Shown here piece after piece: positions 51,110 through 62,233 of a stretch of 64,000 nt of DNA. How positions within the stretch are numbered: the stretch's first letter is position 1; each line of letters begins with the position of its first letter. This stretch comes from Ostreococcus lucimarinus. Taxonomy: Eukaryota. Where the stretch lies: assembly GCA_000092065.1 (NCBI GenBank), contig CP000590.1. The stretch is one strand, 5' to 3'. A model generated the notes under the pieces. The model was given only the letters and a program-made list of their open reading frames with translations, had not been told where the DNA came from and made no database searches. Position numbers and translations under genes: made by a program.

Positions 51110-52936
51110 ATGGCGACGCCGCGAATCGGCGTCGGACGGCGCGCGTGGCGTCGATGCGTCGAGGGCGCGCGCGCGACGACGACGACGGCGACGGCGACGA
51201 CGGCGGCGCGCGCGACGGCGCGCGCGAGCGGCGCGCGCGCGGCGACGACGACGACGCGCGCGCGCGCGCGCGAGGATCGAGCGACGGCGATCGGGGCGTG
51301 GGAGGCGATTCGCGAACGCGCGCGCGCGGCGCCGGACGCGACGGCGACGGCGAACGCGGCGGGCGACGGCGACGCGACGTACGCGGAGGTGATGGCGCTC
51401 GCGGCGCGCGTGGCGGAGGAGTTGAAGGCGCTGGACGTGCGGAAGGGCGATCGCGTGGGACTGGCGGCGACGGCGGGGATGGAGTATTGCGCGGCGGCGT
51501 ACGCGACGTGGGCGCGCGGGGGGGTGTCGGTGCCGATCGCGAGCTCGCACTCGGAGGAAGACGCGGCGTACGTGATGCGGCATTCGGGGATGCGGGTCGT
51601 GCTGATACCGCCGTTGGCGGACGGGGAGGAGGATTCGGAGACGTATGAGAAGTATGCGAGGGTGGCGACGCGGTTCGATTTGACGACGCTGCGGCTGCGG
51701 CACGTGCGGAGGCTCGACGCGGAATGGAAGGACGCCGACGCCGACGGCGCGGAGTTGGACGACGTCGTGAGCTCGCCAGATGATGGTGCGCTCATCATAT
51801 ACACGAGCGGAACCACCGGTCGACCCAAAGGGGCGTTGCACACGCACAGGTCGCTGTACGCGCAGTGCGCGGGCTTGATTGACGCGTGGCGTTGGGACCC
51901 GAGCGATCGAATCATCCACGCGTTGCCTTTGCATCACATCCACGGCATCGTCAACGCGTGGTTGTGCGCGCACGTCGTTGGCGCTACCGTGGAGTTCCAC
52001 CGTACGTTCACCCCTCGCGGGGTTTGGGCGCGACTTCGCGACGCGGCGCAGCCGCCGGTGACGGTTTTCATGGGCGTGCCGACGATGTACGTCATGCTCA
52101 TGCGCGCTTTGCAAGGGAACATGGCGCCTGAAGCGCGCGCGGAATCCATCGCCGCGGCGTCGAGACTACGCTTGACCGTGAGTGGGTCAGCGGCGTGCCC
52201 GGTGCCGGTGCTGGAGGATTGGCGCCGACTCACGGGACGAAGCTTGCTCGAGCGATACGGAATGACGGAGATCGGCATGGCGTTGAGCAATCCGTACGAA
52301 GAGTCCAAACACAAGCCTGGATACGTCGGATTGCCATTACCCGGTGTTCAAGTGAAGCTCGCACCTTTGGTTGGCGCGGACGGTGACGAGGACACGTCGG
52401 ATGTCGATTCCGGTGAGTATCTTCAAGGTCCGGGTGAGCTCCTCGTCAAAGGTGACAATTTGTTCACAGAGTACTATGACAACGCAGAGGCGACGTCGGA
52501 GAGCTTTGACGAAAGTGGATACTTTAAAACGGGAGATGTCGCAGCGATGGCAAGCGATGGGTTTTGGCGCATTCTCGGGCGCGCATCTGTGGACGTGCTT
52601 AAGATAGGAGGCTTCAAGGTGAGCGCGCTCGAAATCGAGGCGCGCCTGCTCGAAAATCCATCCATCGCCGAAGTCGCCGTATTGGGCATCCCGGACGAAG
52701 CGTACGGACAACGAGCGGTTGCGCTCGTCGTTCTCGCGCTCGACATGGAAACGGGCGAGCCCGCAAATTTGACGGAGGGTGATGTAACGCTGTGGGTTCG
52801 CCAAAATTTGGCGTCAAAGATGCATTTGCGCGTCGTCAAGTTTGCCGACAAAATGCCTCGAAACGCCATGGGCAAGGTGAACAAAAAGGACTTGCAAAGA
52901 ACGCACTTTGCCGAGTACTTTGAGCAGCAGCAGTAG
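51110..52936 (+). CDS. ACSF3: Acyl-CoA synthetase family member 3 / malonyl-CoA synthetase (AAE13)-like, with presequence
   Basis: The track ORF starts on GTG. In-frame ATG at 51110. AMP-binding motif YTSGTTGRPKG. ACSF3-like LHHIHGIVN and GYFKTGD...GRASVDVLKIGGFKVSALEIE. Confidence 0.8.
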   Translation: MATPRIGVGRRAWRRCVEGARATTTTATATTAARATARASGARAATTTTRARAREDRATAIGAWEAIRERARAAPDATATANAAGDGDATYAEVMALAARVAEELKALDVRKGDRVGLAATAGMEYCAAAYATWARGGVSVPIASSHSEEDAAYVMRHSGMRVVLIPPLADGEEDSETYEKYARVATRFDLTTLRLRHVRRLDAEWKDADADGAELDDVVSSPDDGALIIYTSGTTGRPKGALHTHRSLYAQCAGLIDAWRWDPSDRIIHALPLHHIHGIVNAWLCAHVVGATVEFHRTFTPRGVWARLRDAAQPPVTVFMGVPTMYVMLMRALQGNMAPEARAESIAAASRLRLTVSGSAACPVPVLEDWRRLTGRSLLERYGMTEIGMALSNPYEESKHKPGYVGLPLPGVQVKLAPLVGADGDEDTSDVDSGEYLQGPGELLVKGDNLFTEYYDNAEATSESFDESGYFKTGDVAAMASDGFWRILGRASVDVLKIGGFKVSALEIEARLLENPSIAEVAVLGIPDEAYGQRAVALVVLALDMETGEPANLTEGDVTLWVRQNLASKMHLRVVKFADKMPRNAMGKVNKKDLQRTHFAEYFEQQQ

Positions 52937-53030
52937 AGCAGCGGTGTAGCATTAATTTTGTATTGGTTGTAAATCACGATCATTGACAACGTATCTAAAA
53001 AATCGAATATCAGTACATGCCGTGTCGAGA

Positions 53031-55529
53031 TCATCGTGCCGTCGTCGACGCGAACTCTGGCAATGGGAAGTTGGAGAGAAGTTCGACGTCGGCCGGGGTC
53101 ACCGGAGGAGCTTCGCCGCGTAAGAATAGCGCAAGCGACGGCGGCGCGACAACTCTGTCGAGATACTTTTGCAATTCGTCGCCGTAAATTTTCTCCTTCT
53201 CTGCGAGTGCGGCGGTGAGTTCGCTCATGACTTCCGGGTTGGACCGAACGACATCGCACGCGACGAGCAAAGACGTGGTGAGCGTGTGCTTGACTTCCTT
53301 TTCGACGACAGCGTCAGCCTCACTTGCTTTATCGGAGCCGATGAGAAGATCTTCATTTCCTCCCGAAGACAGCGTAGAAACACTCATCGGGCCCAAGCTG
53401 GCGCTGAAACCCAATTCAGCGACGCTCTTGTACGCCAAGTTTGTCGCACGTTGAATATCGTCGCTCGCACCCGAGCTGATGCGCTTACACACCACCATTT
53501 CTGCCGCTCGTCCACCCATGAACGTCGTCACTTTCCCCAGGAGTTCATCCTTGTACATCAACCAACGATCTTCGGTTGGTGGGGTGTACGTAAAACCCAG
53601 AGCGCCTCCGCTTCGACTCACAATGCTCAGCGTTTCCGGACGCTCCGTGTCTGGAATCAGTCTTCCTACCGCCGCGGCGACGAGGGCGTGTCCCACTTCG
53701 TGCGCCGAGACCGTGCGCTTTTCCCCCGCAGTCAACAAGCTTCGCTTCTTCTCAATGCCCGCGATCGTACGAAGCACCGCGGCTTCAAAATCAGTGTAAC
53801 TCACAGTGCTCTTACCTTCGCGGCCCGCCAGTAGCGCCGCTTCGTTGACCAAATTTTCCAAGTCGGCGCCGGTGAAGCCCGCCGTCATTTGTGCGATGAT
53901 GTCGAGACCGGCGTCCTCGGCTAATGGAAGCGCCCGACGTCCGGTATGCACGGCCAAGATCTCGCGTCGACCTTGCTTATCTGGTCGATCGACGGAGATC
54001 GTACGGTCGAAACGTCCCGGGCGCCGCAACGCGGCGTCGAGCGTGTCGGCACGATTCGTAGCCGCGATGCAAATTACCATGGACTCTGTCTCAAACCCGT
54101 CGAGCTCGGTGAGCAACTGGTTTAGAGTTTGTTCGCGCTCGTCATTACCCATCCCTCGCATCTTACCGTCACCCCGGCTCTTCGCCACGGCGTCAATTTC
54201 ATCGATGAAGACGATGGACGGCGACTGCGCCTTGGCTCTTGCGAACACCTCGCGCACGCGCGCCGCACCCATGCCGACGTAGAGCTCAACAAACTCAGAT
54301 GCGGAGATCGAAATGAATGGAACGCCAGCTTCGCCTGCGACCGCGCGTGCGAGTAGTGTCTTGCCCGTCCCGGGTGCACCTACGAGCATGACGCCGCTCG
54401 GTGGCCGAGCGCCCAGCCGCGCGTACTTGGCCGGGTTCTTCAGAATATCGACGATTTCTTGGAGTTCTTCTTTCGCCTCATCCACGCCAGCAACGTCCGC
54501 GAACGTCGTCGTCGGCGGCGCGATCGCGTCGCGCGCGCGTCCGCCCCGCTGCACGCCGGGCATGGATATTCCACCCGGAGATCCCATCCCTCGCATCCCC
54601 GGACCGCCGAAATTGCCTTGACCTTGACCTCGAAACACGTTCACCAAGAGGACGAACATCAGCAACGCCACCCAAGGTGCAAAATTCGGTCCGTTCCTGG
54701 AATCTGGTGCGCTCACATCTACTCTATTCTTCAGCAAGACATCATACGGCATCGGCGCATCTTTTGGTCGCGACGTGTGATACACGACCTCGACCTCCCT
54801 CGGCTCGTCGAACGGCGTCCCCGTCGACCCCTCCGCTGCGGCGCTCGTCGTCACCATCTTCCTCGCCTTCGGCGCCCACGTGAGCTGATTCCCATCGATG
54901 TGCACCGCTCGCACCTCGTTTCTATTCGCACTATCCACGAACGCATCAAACCGCGTCGGTATCGGATGCGACTTCGTCGTCGTCTTCGCGCTCAGCGCGA
55001 ACGCCGTCGCGCTAAACGCGACGTAAAACAAAAACCCTTTCCCGACCAGTTTCGCCAGCTCCATCGGTTGCAGCACGTTCGCCACCCACCACGCCAACCC
55101 GCGCTCGGGTTCGCGCGGTCCGCGCTCATCGCTCGTCGGTTCGCCTCGTTCGCCTCGCGCGCTCGCCTCGGGCGCGCTCGGTGGTTGCTGATTCTCGCTC
55201 CCCTTCTCGCGTCTATCCGGGCCGTGCTCCCCCGGCGCGTTCGTCGACGTCGACGCTCGCGTCACGACGTCCTCGCGCGCGCGCCGCGCGCGTCCGATCG
55301 CGCCGTCCGTCACCGCGCGCGTGGTCGCGGCGGCGCCGACGACGATGACGTGGCGTCGCTCGCGCGCGTCTTCTCGCGCCCCCGGCGCGCGCGCGACGCG
55401 CGCGGCGCGCGGCGCGCGCGCGACGCGCATCGCGCGCGTCGGCGCGCGCGGTCCGGACGCGTCGGCGCGCATCGCGCGCGTCGGCGCCGCGCTCGAAATC
55501 GCCATCGCGACTCGAAGTGCCGACGGCAT
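53031..55529 (-). CDS. FTSH: ATP-dependent zinc metalloprotease FtsH (organellar) with long N-terminal extension
   Basis: ATG verified at 55529. AAA module [22 protein letters not shown] with second region of homology. Zinc-binding HEVGHAL. One or two N-terminal TM helices. Confidence 0.9.
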   Translation of the reverse strand: MPSALRVAMAISSAAPTRAMRADASGPRAPTRAMRVARAPRAARVARAPGAREDARERRHVIVVGAAATTRAVTDGAIGRARRAREDVVTRASTSTNAPGEHGPDRREKGSENQQPPSAPEASARGERGEPTSDERGPREPERGLAWWVANVLQPMELAKLVGKGFLFYVAFSATAFALSAKTTTKSHPIPTRFDAFVDSANRNEVRAVHIDGNQLTWAPKARKMVTTSAAAEGSTGTPFDEPREVEVVYHTSRPKDAPMPYDVLLKNRVDVSAPDSRNGPNFAPWVALLMFVLLVNVFRGQGQGNFGGPGMRGMGSPGGISMPGVQRGGRARDAIAPPTTTFADVAGVDEAKEELQEIVDILKNPAKYARLGARPPSGVMLVGAPGTGKTLLARAVAGEAGVPFISISASEFVELYVGMGAARVREVFARAKAQSPSIVFIDEIDAVAKSRGDGKMRGMGNDEREQTLNQLLTELDGFETESMVICIAATNRADTLDAALRRPGRFDRTISVDRPDKQGRREILAVHTGRRALPLAEDAGLDIIAQMTAGFTGADLENLVNEAALLAGREGKSTVSYTDFEAAVLRTIAGIEKKRSLLTAGEKRTVSAHEVGHALVAAAVGRLIPDTERPETLSIVSRSGGALGFTYTPPTEDRWLMYKDELLGKVTTFMGGRAAEMVVCKRISSGASDDIQRATNLAYKSVAELGFSASLGPMSVSTLSSGGNEDLLIGSDKASEADAVVEKEVKHTLTTSLLVACDVVRSNPEVMSELTAALAEKEKIYGDELQKYLDRVVAPPSLALFLRGEAPPVTPADVELLSNFPLPEFASTTAR

Positions 55530-55574
55530 AGCGCGACGACGCGACGTCCGACGGGCGCGCGCGTCGCGGCGGTG

Positions 55575-56336
55575 ATGGCGCCCGCGCGCGTGGCGTGCGC
55601 GTGGCGCGCGCGCGATCGCGCGTCCTCGAGCGCGGCGCCGCGCGTGCGCGAGTACCTACGACTTCGTGAGATTTTAACGCGCGAGCTGAACGTGTGCGCG
55701 AGCAAGCGCGCGTCGCACGCGATGGCGATACGATGCATGCGCAGGGTCGTTCCCGAAGGCTCGCTCGTGGACGGACCGACGAAGGAGGAGCTGCGAAGCG
55801 CGCCCGAGGAGTTTTGGACGCTGGAGTTTAAGAATCCGACGCGGCGAAGCGTCGTCGCGCGAGGCGCGGCGAGCGGAGACGGTCGCGGTGGTGGCGATGA
55901 CGACCGCGCGAACGAAGACGAGGTGAAGGGAACGTACACGTGCGACGAAGACGAGGTTGGGGAATTTTTAGCGTCGTCGGCGACGCGGTTTCATAGAGCG
56001 GCGCAGTCGTACGTCGTCGCGGGAGACGCGTTCGACGCGGGCGATTTCAACGTCAAGATTTGTCGCGTCGAGACGAGCTCGGGGCAGTACGTGGGGACTA
56101 TTTTAGATTTGAGTTATCGCGCGACGAACGACGCGCGCACGGCGAGCGCGGCGTTGAGGGAGTTCGCCGCGCACGCGACGTCGACGGCGAACGCCGCCGC
56201 CGAATCCGACGACGATTTGGGCGACTTCGTCCTCAAAGATCTTCGCGAGAGTTGTCCTTTGCGCGCGTATCGCGCGCCGGCCGGGGATTTACAGTGCGCC
56301 ATTAGCTACGTCGACGCCGTTCGCGCGCTTTTGTGA
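55575..56336 (+). CDS. Hypothetical protein (about 250 aa)
   Basis: In-frame ATG at 55575 within track ORF 54459..56336. Only the last 200 aa have normal composition ([10 protein letters not shown]...[17 protein letters not shown]). No family recognised. Confidence 0.3.
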   Translation: MAPARVACAWRARDRASSSAAPRVREYLRLREILTRELNVCASKRASHAMAIRCMRRVVPEGSLVDGPTKEELRSAPEEFWTLEFKNPTRRSVVARGAASGDGRGGGDDDRANEDEVKGTYTCDEDEVGEFLASSATRFHRAAQSYVVAGDAFDAGDFNVKICRVETSSGQYVGTILDLSYRATNDARTASAALREFAAHATSTANAAAESDDDLGDFVLKDLRESCPLRAYRAPAGDLQCAISYVDAVRALL

Positions 56337-56407
56337 TCCTCGAGCGCGTGTAATCCAGCGCTTCTCGTTCGCGGACGCGTCGAAGAGCAAAAAGCCGTTA
56401 GCGCCAC

Positions 56408-58180
56408 ATGACGACTCCCGCCGCGCCGCGCTGGCCGTCGCTCTCGGTCGAGCGCGCCGCGCCCGGCGCGAGCGACGGTGACGACGTCGACGACGACGCG
56501 TGGGTGTCGTTCGCCGAAGACGCCGCCGTGCGCGCGCGCGACGACGCCGAAACGGCGGTTCGCGACGCCGAGTTCGAACGCGCGCTCGAACGCGTGCGCG
56601 AGGCGAAGCGCGAGCGCGCGCGCGCGCAGGCGCGGAAGGCGACGACGCGGAGCGCATTTCTCGAAGACGACGCGCGAGAGGAGCGCGCGCGAGAGGACGA
56701 GGATGGGGAGGTTGGGGGCGACGTCGCGCGCGGCTGGCGCGGCGAGTTCGCGGCGCGGGACGGCGACCCGGCGCCGGCGCCGAGGACGCTTCCGCAAGCG
56801 TGGACGGCGCCGACGTTGAATTTAAACGTGGACGATGAGGACGTGGAGACGTTCGCGCGAGAGGCGGCGACGCGGGCGACGTGGGCGAGCGAGGCGGCGA
56901 CGGCGGCGACGCGGGAGTCGGACGCCGTGGCGGAGTTGACGCAGCACGTTCGACGGTTGAGCTCGGCGTTGAGCGCGTGCGAGCGCCGCGAGAGCGCGGC
57001 GGAGGCGGCGGCGACGGCGGAGGCGGAGCGCGCAGCGGCGACGGAGCACGAATATTTGCAAACAAAGGCGCGCTTGAAGGCGCGCGATTTGGACATAGGC
57101 GAGTTGAACCAAGTCGTCTTCGCGCTCAAGAGACGAGTCGACGAGTTGACGGACGCCCTGGACGAGGCGAGAAGGGACGGGGAAAAGTATAGAATGGAAA
57201 TCGCGGAGCTCAAAGTGAACGATTCCGAGCTCAGAAGGACGGTGGAGAAGAGGGCGGTGAGCGAACGCATGGCGTACAACGCGAACGAGAACACAAAGCG
57301 CGATATTTTGGCGTTACAGAGCAAGTGCCGGACGTTAGAGGAAGAGAACGGACGTTTGAGCGAACGTTTAGCGCAGAGTGAAGATCGAGGTTTCGAGGCG
57401 AGCAAGTCTGCGCAACGTTTTCATCAGCTCGCCGAGGCTTCGGCGCGAGAAAATGAGATTTTGCAACGCGCCAACGACGCCGCGGCGAATGAAAATGCGC
57501 GCTTAAACCAAGAGCTCAAAGAGTTGCACAAGGAAGTACGCGCCGCGCATACGCAGACAAGCGTCGATCGAGCAAACGTTAACGCGAGTGTTGCGTACGT
57601 ACCGCCACCCGCGCCGACGCGCGCACCTTTGGAACCAGTCTTGGAGCCGCAGGTGGCACAGCCCAAAATCTCGGCGCATACAGTTACACAAACCACTGCG
57701 CTGACGAAGCAGACTTCCGCACCGCTGGCGGATCCGAAAGTAAACGCACCATCGATTGTTACTCGCGTGCAAATGTTCGATAACTCGGAATACAAGCGAC
57801 GAATGCGAGAAGGGAGTGGATTCTTTTACGACATGCAGGGCGTCGACGCGCCCAAACCCAAACCGCCGGCGCGGCGCCCCGCTCCTTCTCAGCCTCGACC
57901 CGGCGAACGCTACGTCCCTCCCGCCGAGCCATTGGAGCGTTCGTTAAGTTACGACGAATGGATGGCTAAAATTTCAGCTTTGGAGCACGAGCACATGAAG
58001 CTCGCGCTCGATCGAGACCAAATAGAAGCCGAGCTCAACAAGCTTCCGCTCGGCGCAGGTCGAAACATGCTCGAGCGCGAGCGCAAACGCGAGCTCAACG
58101 ATCGCCTCACCCAGATTCGCGCGGCTTTGAAAATCAACCGCGAGTCGCTTCGAACGGTCAAAGATGCACGGCACGGGTAG
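56408..58180 (+). CDS. Coiled-coil protein with acidic N-terminus; C-terminal region loosely enkurin-like
   Basis: ATG at 56408. Extended heptad-repeat region (EEENGRLSERLAQSE..., LNQELKELHKEVRAAH). C-terminus ...YDEWMAKISALEHEHMKLALDRDQIEAELNKLPLGAG.... Confidence 0.45.
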   Translation: MTTPAAPRWPSLSVERAAPGASDGDDVDDDAWVSFAEDAAVRARDDAETAVRDAEFERALERVREAKRERARAQARKATTRSAFLEDDAREERAREDEDGEVGGDVARGWRGEFAARDGDPAPAPRTLPQAWTAPTLNLNVDDEDVETFAREAATRATWASEAATAATRESDAVAELTQHVRRLSSALSACERRESAAEAAATAEAERAAATEHEYLQTKARLKARDLDIGELNQVVFALKRRVDELTDALDEARRDGEKYRMEIAELKVNDSELRRTVEKRAVSERMAYNANENTKRDILALQSKCRTLEEENGRLSERLAQSEDRGFEASKSAQRFHQLAEASARENEILQRANDAAANENARLNQELKELHKEVRAAHTQTSVDRANVNASVAYVPPPAPTRAPLEPVLEPQVAQPKISAHTVTQTTALTKQTSAPLADPKVNAPSIVTRVQMFDNSEYKRRMREGSGFFYDMQGVDAPKPKPPARRPAPSQPRPGERYVPPAEPLERSLSYDEWMAKISALEHEHMKLALDRDQIEAELNKLPLGAGRNMLERERKRELNDRLTQIRAALKINRESLRTVKDARHG

Positions 58181-58408
58181 TCATGTCGACTTTGTTTGTA
58201 ATCCCGAGACTCGCTCGCGCGTTCGCGTCCTCCCTACGATGAGATCAAGCGCGCTCTCGCCGCAGTCTACGCCTCGCGCGCGCGCTCAAGACTCCCGAAC
58301 GCGCGCGCGAGCGAAGATCACTCTCGTCGCGCGTCGTTTTGGACGCGCCGTTCGCGCCACGACGCCCACGGTGCGACGCAGCGACGCGACGTCGACGACA
58401 ATCCAACC

Positions 58409-60394
58409 ATGCTTGCGCTCCCGAAATACCTCGCGCTGAGCGCCGGTGCGGTGACGTGCGTCGTCGCGCACGCGCTGTACACGCGGGAACAATACTTTCC
58501 GGCGATGGTGTACCTGAGCACGAGCAAAGCGGCGCTGGTGGCGATCGGAAACTTTGCGTTCGCTTTGATGTTGGTGTTGGCGCACGCCGTCAAGGCGACG
58601 TTTCTGGGGACGCTTCGGGAGGCGGAGGTCGAGCGGTTGTACGAACGCACGCGAGACGCAGTGATGGAGACGTGCCTAGCGATGACAATATTTCGAGAGG
58701 AGTTTAACTCGCGGTTCGTCGCGCTGTTCGTGAGCTTATTGTTCGTGAAGGCGTTTCACTGGTTGTACCAGGACAGGGTGCAGTACACGGAGACGGCGCC
58801 GACGCTGAGTCGGTTCACGCACGTGCGACTGGCGACGTTCATGGGAACGTTGTTGTTGGTGGATTTGAGCATGCTGAGCTACATCGTCGGGAACACGATC
58901 GAGAACGGACCGAGCGTGTTGTTGTTGTTTGGGTTTGAGTACGTGATTCTCGCCACAAAGCTCTTCGTCGGGTTCGCAAAGTACTTGATCATTAGCGCTG
59001 ATCGAATGCTGGACGGACAATGGCAAGGCAAAGGGACGTGTGTGTTTTATCTTGAGCTCGTGACGGATTTGTTACAGCTCTTTGTGTACTTTGTCTTCTT
59101 TTTGATCATTTTTGCGTACTACGGGATGCCAGTGCACCTCGTTCGAGATTTGTACGTGACGTTTAGAAACTTTAGAAAGCGAGTGGAAGAGTTCATTCGA
59201 TACCGTCGAGTGACTGCAAATTTGAACGATCGATTTCCTGATTCCACCGCCGAGGACTTATCCACGGGGGACGACGTGTGCATCATTTGCCGAGAGAATA
59301 TGGAAGTGGACGCGCAAGGCGGGAGCAAACCGAAGAAGTTGCCGTGCGGACACTCCTTTCATTTGCATTGCCTTCGGTCTTGGTTGGAACGCCAGCAAGC
59401 GTGCCCGACGTGCAGACAGTCTGTCTTACCCGAACGCGAACGACGCGCCAACGCTGCGCGGGAAGCGGCGGAAGAAGCGCAGTGGCAGCCTTTACCGCCA
59501 GAGCTGCAAGCCGGATACGTACCGCCAGAGGTGGCTGCGCAGTTGGACCGCGAGGTAGAAGAGTTTGCGCGCGACCAACGCAGGGGGGTGCAGGCACCAA
59601 ATGATGCCACCCGTGATCGAGTGCCACGCCATGCCGCAACTCTGAACAGACCACCGGAGGGAGTGCCGCCTCAGACGCCGCCCAGCTCACAACCGCGAAC
59701 TCCGCTCCAAACGTCACCGATGGAACACCCTCGACAGGCGCAGCAACTGCAGCAACAGTTCACACCATCGCGCGCTTGGAGTTCTCCAGAGGCTTTCACT
59801 GCAGCACGCGCGGCGCAGGAAGCCCGCAACGTGACATCAGAAACAATGGACGTAGAGTCATCGCACCGAGTCGCCACCGCCGTGGCCTCGGCGGTAGCCG
59901 CGGCGAGCGCGCAGGCGCAGCTCGCTTTCGCGAGCGTCGCTCCATTTGGCACGCCTGGACTCGTTGAGGTCGCGACTGCGCACGCCTCTGGTGCGCTCGC
60001 ACCTTTATCTCCTTTGCCCTCGCCCGGAACTCAGCGCCCTTCGTTCTCGCCCATGCCTCGCGACGCGTCGCCGGCGGTCCGTGTCGCTGTCGAAGCCGAG
60101 CGTCAAGCCACTTTAGACGCCTTGAACGCCCAGGTGCGCTTATTACAAGCGCAGATGGCCACGCTTCAGGTTCAAGCGAACGATGAAGAGCTCGAAGTCG
60201 CCACCAGAGCGGTTTCCGGCTCTCGCGGCAAGGAAATCGCGGACGAGGACGACGAGCCAGTCGCGGCGTCCGCGGCCAGCGCGTCCGCGACCACAACACC
60301 TCTGACATCGGCACAACCCATTCGTCGAGACGATGATGACGGTCCGGCCGCCGACCTGCGCCGCCGACGTTTGCAGGCCTTCCGTAGCGACTAG
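58409..60394 (+). CDS. HRD1: ERAD E3 ubiquitin ligase HRD1/synoviolin
   Basis: ATG at 58409. N-terminal 6-TM HRD1 domain with conserved FREEFNSRFVALFVSLLFVKAFHWL. RING-H2 DDVCIICRE...LPCGHSFHLHCLRSWLERQQACPTCR. Pro/Gln-rich tail. Confidence 0.85.
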   Translation: MLALPKYLALSAGAVTCVVAHALYTREQYFPAMVYLSTSKAALVAIGNFAFALMLVLAHAVKATFLGTLREAEVERLYERTRDAVMETCLAMTIFREEFNSRFVALFVSLLFVKAFHWLYQDRVQYTETAPTLSRFTHVRLATFMGTLLLVDLSMLSYIVGNTIENGPSVLLLFGFEYVILATKLFVGFAKYLIISADRMLDGQWQGKGTCVFYLELVTDLLQLFVYFVFFLIIFAYYGMPVHLVRDLYVTFRNFRKRVEEFIRYRRVTANLNDRFPDSTAEDLSTGDDVCIICRENMEVDAQGGSKPKKLPCGHSFHLHCLRSWLERQQACPTCRQSVLPERERRANAAREAAEEAQWQPLPPELQAGYVPPEVAAQLDREVEEFARDQRRGVQAPNDATRDRVPRHAATLNRPPEGVPPQTPPSSQPRTPLQTSPMEHPRQAQQLQQQFTPSRAWSSPEAFTAARAAQEARNVTSETMDVESSHRVATAVASAVAAASAQAQLAFASVAPFGTPGLVEVATAHASGALAPLSPLPSPGTQRPSFSPMPRDASPAVRVAVEAERQATLDALNAQVRLLQAQMATLQVQANDEELEVATRAVSGSRGKEIADEDDEPVAASAASASATTTPLTSAQPIRRDDDDGPAADLRRRRLQAFRSD

Positions 60395-60459
60395 AAGAAC
60401 GACCATTTGTAAAAGCCACCGCCGAGCCCCGAGCCGTCACCAGTCCCCAACGCACCATC

Positions 60460-62103
60460 ATGGGTCAAAAGCGCTACGCACGCTCGCTCAAGCAAGACGA
60501 GCGCAGGCGCGAGCTCGCCGAGCTCGCCAAGCGCCCTCGCGCGCCGAGCATTCGGCAAAAAGTCGCCGCGTTCAACGCAGAGATATTGGAGACCGCCGAC
60601 CTGCAAGCCATTAAGTCGTGGGGCGGCGCGCGCGGCACCGTCGCGTCCGCGTCATCCGGCGACGCCGACGCCGAAGGCGTGGTCGACGCGCATTGCGTCG
60701 TGGTCGGGAACTTACCGGTCGATCTGAGGCCGGAGGATGTGAAGGCGGCGCTGACGCCGCTCGTGGTAGAAAAAGCGCGCGACGCCGGCGTGGACGCGGC
60801 GAAGGAACTCGTCGGTGATATCGGCGTCGGGGTGTTTGGACCGTGTAGACCGAAGACGAGACGCGATCGCGATCGCGAATTCAGAGGGTTTGCGGTGGTT
60901 CGATTTCGAAGTGCGAGCGGTGCGGCGGCGGCGGCGACGGCGCTTCACGGGACGACGTTTCGCACCAAGTCCGCGAAATGGCCCGAGCGAGTCTTGAACG
61001 CAAGATTAGATGATAAGGGTGAGTATGACGACGCTTACGTCCGTGGGCTACGCGGAAGCGCGCCGAAAATACCCGATAAAGTGTCAAAAAAGGAGCCGCG
61101 AAAGCGTTGGAAGATGGCCGAATTGGAAAATTTACCAATGCGACAGAAATGTCTCTCCACGCATACGCGTTTTAGCGATCTAGATGGCAAGCTTCGAGTG
61201 CGATTGCTGGAGTACTTAAGTACGGCGATACCTGCGATGCCTGAGCTCGCGGGTGTGGTGCTCGCGATGGAGCAGAGCGCGCCGCATTACTTGAGAATCA
61301 AAGAATTGATTGAATCCATCGAGTGCTTCAATGTGATTCTTGGACACTTAAACTCTGCGGAATCCACTGCTGGACGTTCGATGGACGATGTACGAGTGTA
61401 CGATACGTTTTTCGATCTCGCATGCGGCCACGGTCTCGTTGGCGTTTTACTTGCGTACGCGTTTCCGACGCGTACAGTGCGCTCGTTCGATCACACCAAA
61501 CGGGCAGCTTTCTTTGCGTTCTGTCATGCATTTGAGCAAATGCGCAAAACAATGACGCGAAAGCCTTGGACCGTGGGTGCGATTGACTGGGATACCGAAG
61601 AAATGTTCGTCGCGAGCAACCGATTGGAAGAAACGAATGACGCGAGCACGGCACCAAAGGATGTGCGCGACGACGAGGAGCCAGCGTTGTCGAACATCGT
61701 CTTCACTTTGGGTGACATTGACGACGCAAGAGCGCTCGTCAACGCATCGAGCTTCGTCGTCGCCCTTCATGGGTGCAACGAAGCCAACAAAGTCGCCGTA
61801 GAGATGGCCAAAAGTCAAGACGCCGTGTGGGCCGTCATGCCATGTTGCATCAAAGCTTCAATTTATTTGCCCGAGTGCATCGTCTCCAAGCTCGACGACG
61901 ACTCCAAGTACGGTTTCATGTGCGGCGTCATGTGTCAAAAATACGACGCACAGTTGATCCGCGCCATCGACACTCGCATCACAACTCGAGCGATCGTCTT
62001 GTGCGGCGGTATCAAGGGCTTTAAGAAGCATTGTTTCGTCATCGGGAACAATACCAAGATACAGCGCGAGCGCGAGCGCAAAATGGAGGCGCCGCTTCAC
62101 TAG
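60460..62103 (+). CDS. SAM-dependent methyltransferase (Methyltransf_32-type, METTL25/TRM13-like) with N-terminal RRM-like region
   Basis: ATG at 60460. Motif I FDLACGHGLVGVLLA. LHGCN motif typical of the Methyltransf_32 family. N-terminal VVVGNLPVDLRPEDV...FRGFAVVRF RRM-like segment. Confidence 0.55.
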   Translation: MGQKRYARSLKQDERRRELAELAKRPRAPSIRQKVAAFNAEILETADLQAIKSWGGARGTVASASSGDADAEGVVDAHCVVVGNLPVDLRPEDVKAALTPLVVEKARDAGVDAAKELVGDIGVGVFGPCRPKTRRDRDREFRGFAVVRFRSASGAAAAATALHGTTFRTKSAKWPERVLNARLDDKGEYDDAYVRGLRGSAPKIPDKVSKKEPRKRWKMAELENLPMRQKCLSTHTRFSDLDGKLRVRLLEYLSTAIPAMPELAGVVLAMEQSAPHYLRIKELIESIECFNVILGHLNSAESTAGRSMDDVRVYDTFFDLACGHGLVGVLLAYAFPTRTVRSFDHTKRAAFFAFCHAFEQMRKTMTRKPWTVGAIDWDTEEMFVASNRLEETNDASTAPKDVRDDEEPALSNIVFTLGDIDDARALVNASSFVVALHGCNEANKVAVEMAKSQDAVWAVMPCCIKASIYLPECIVSKLDDDSKYGFMCGVMCQKYDAQLIRAIDTRITTRAIVLCGGIKGFKKHCFVIGNNTKIQRERERKMEAPLH

Positions 62104-62182
62104 CCGACGCTTGAACCTTCGCAAAACGTCGCCAATGTCAGACACGGCGTGATCGCACGCTCGCAGACAATCCATCGGCGAC

Positions 62183-62201
62183 ATGTCTAGCTCGTCTTGG
62201 A

Positions 62202-62233
<32 letters not shown>

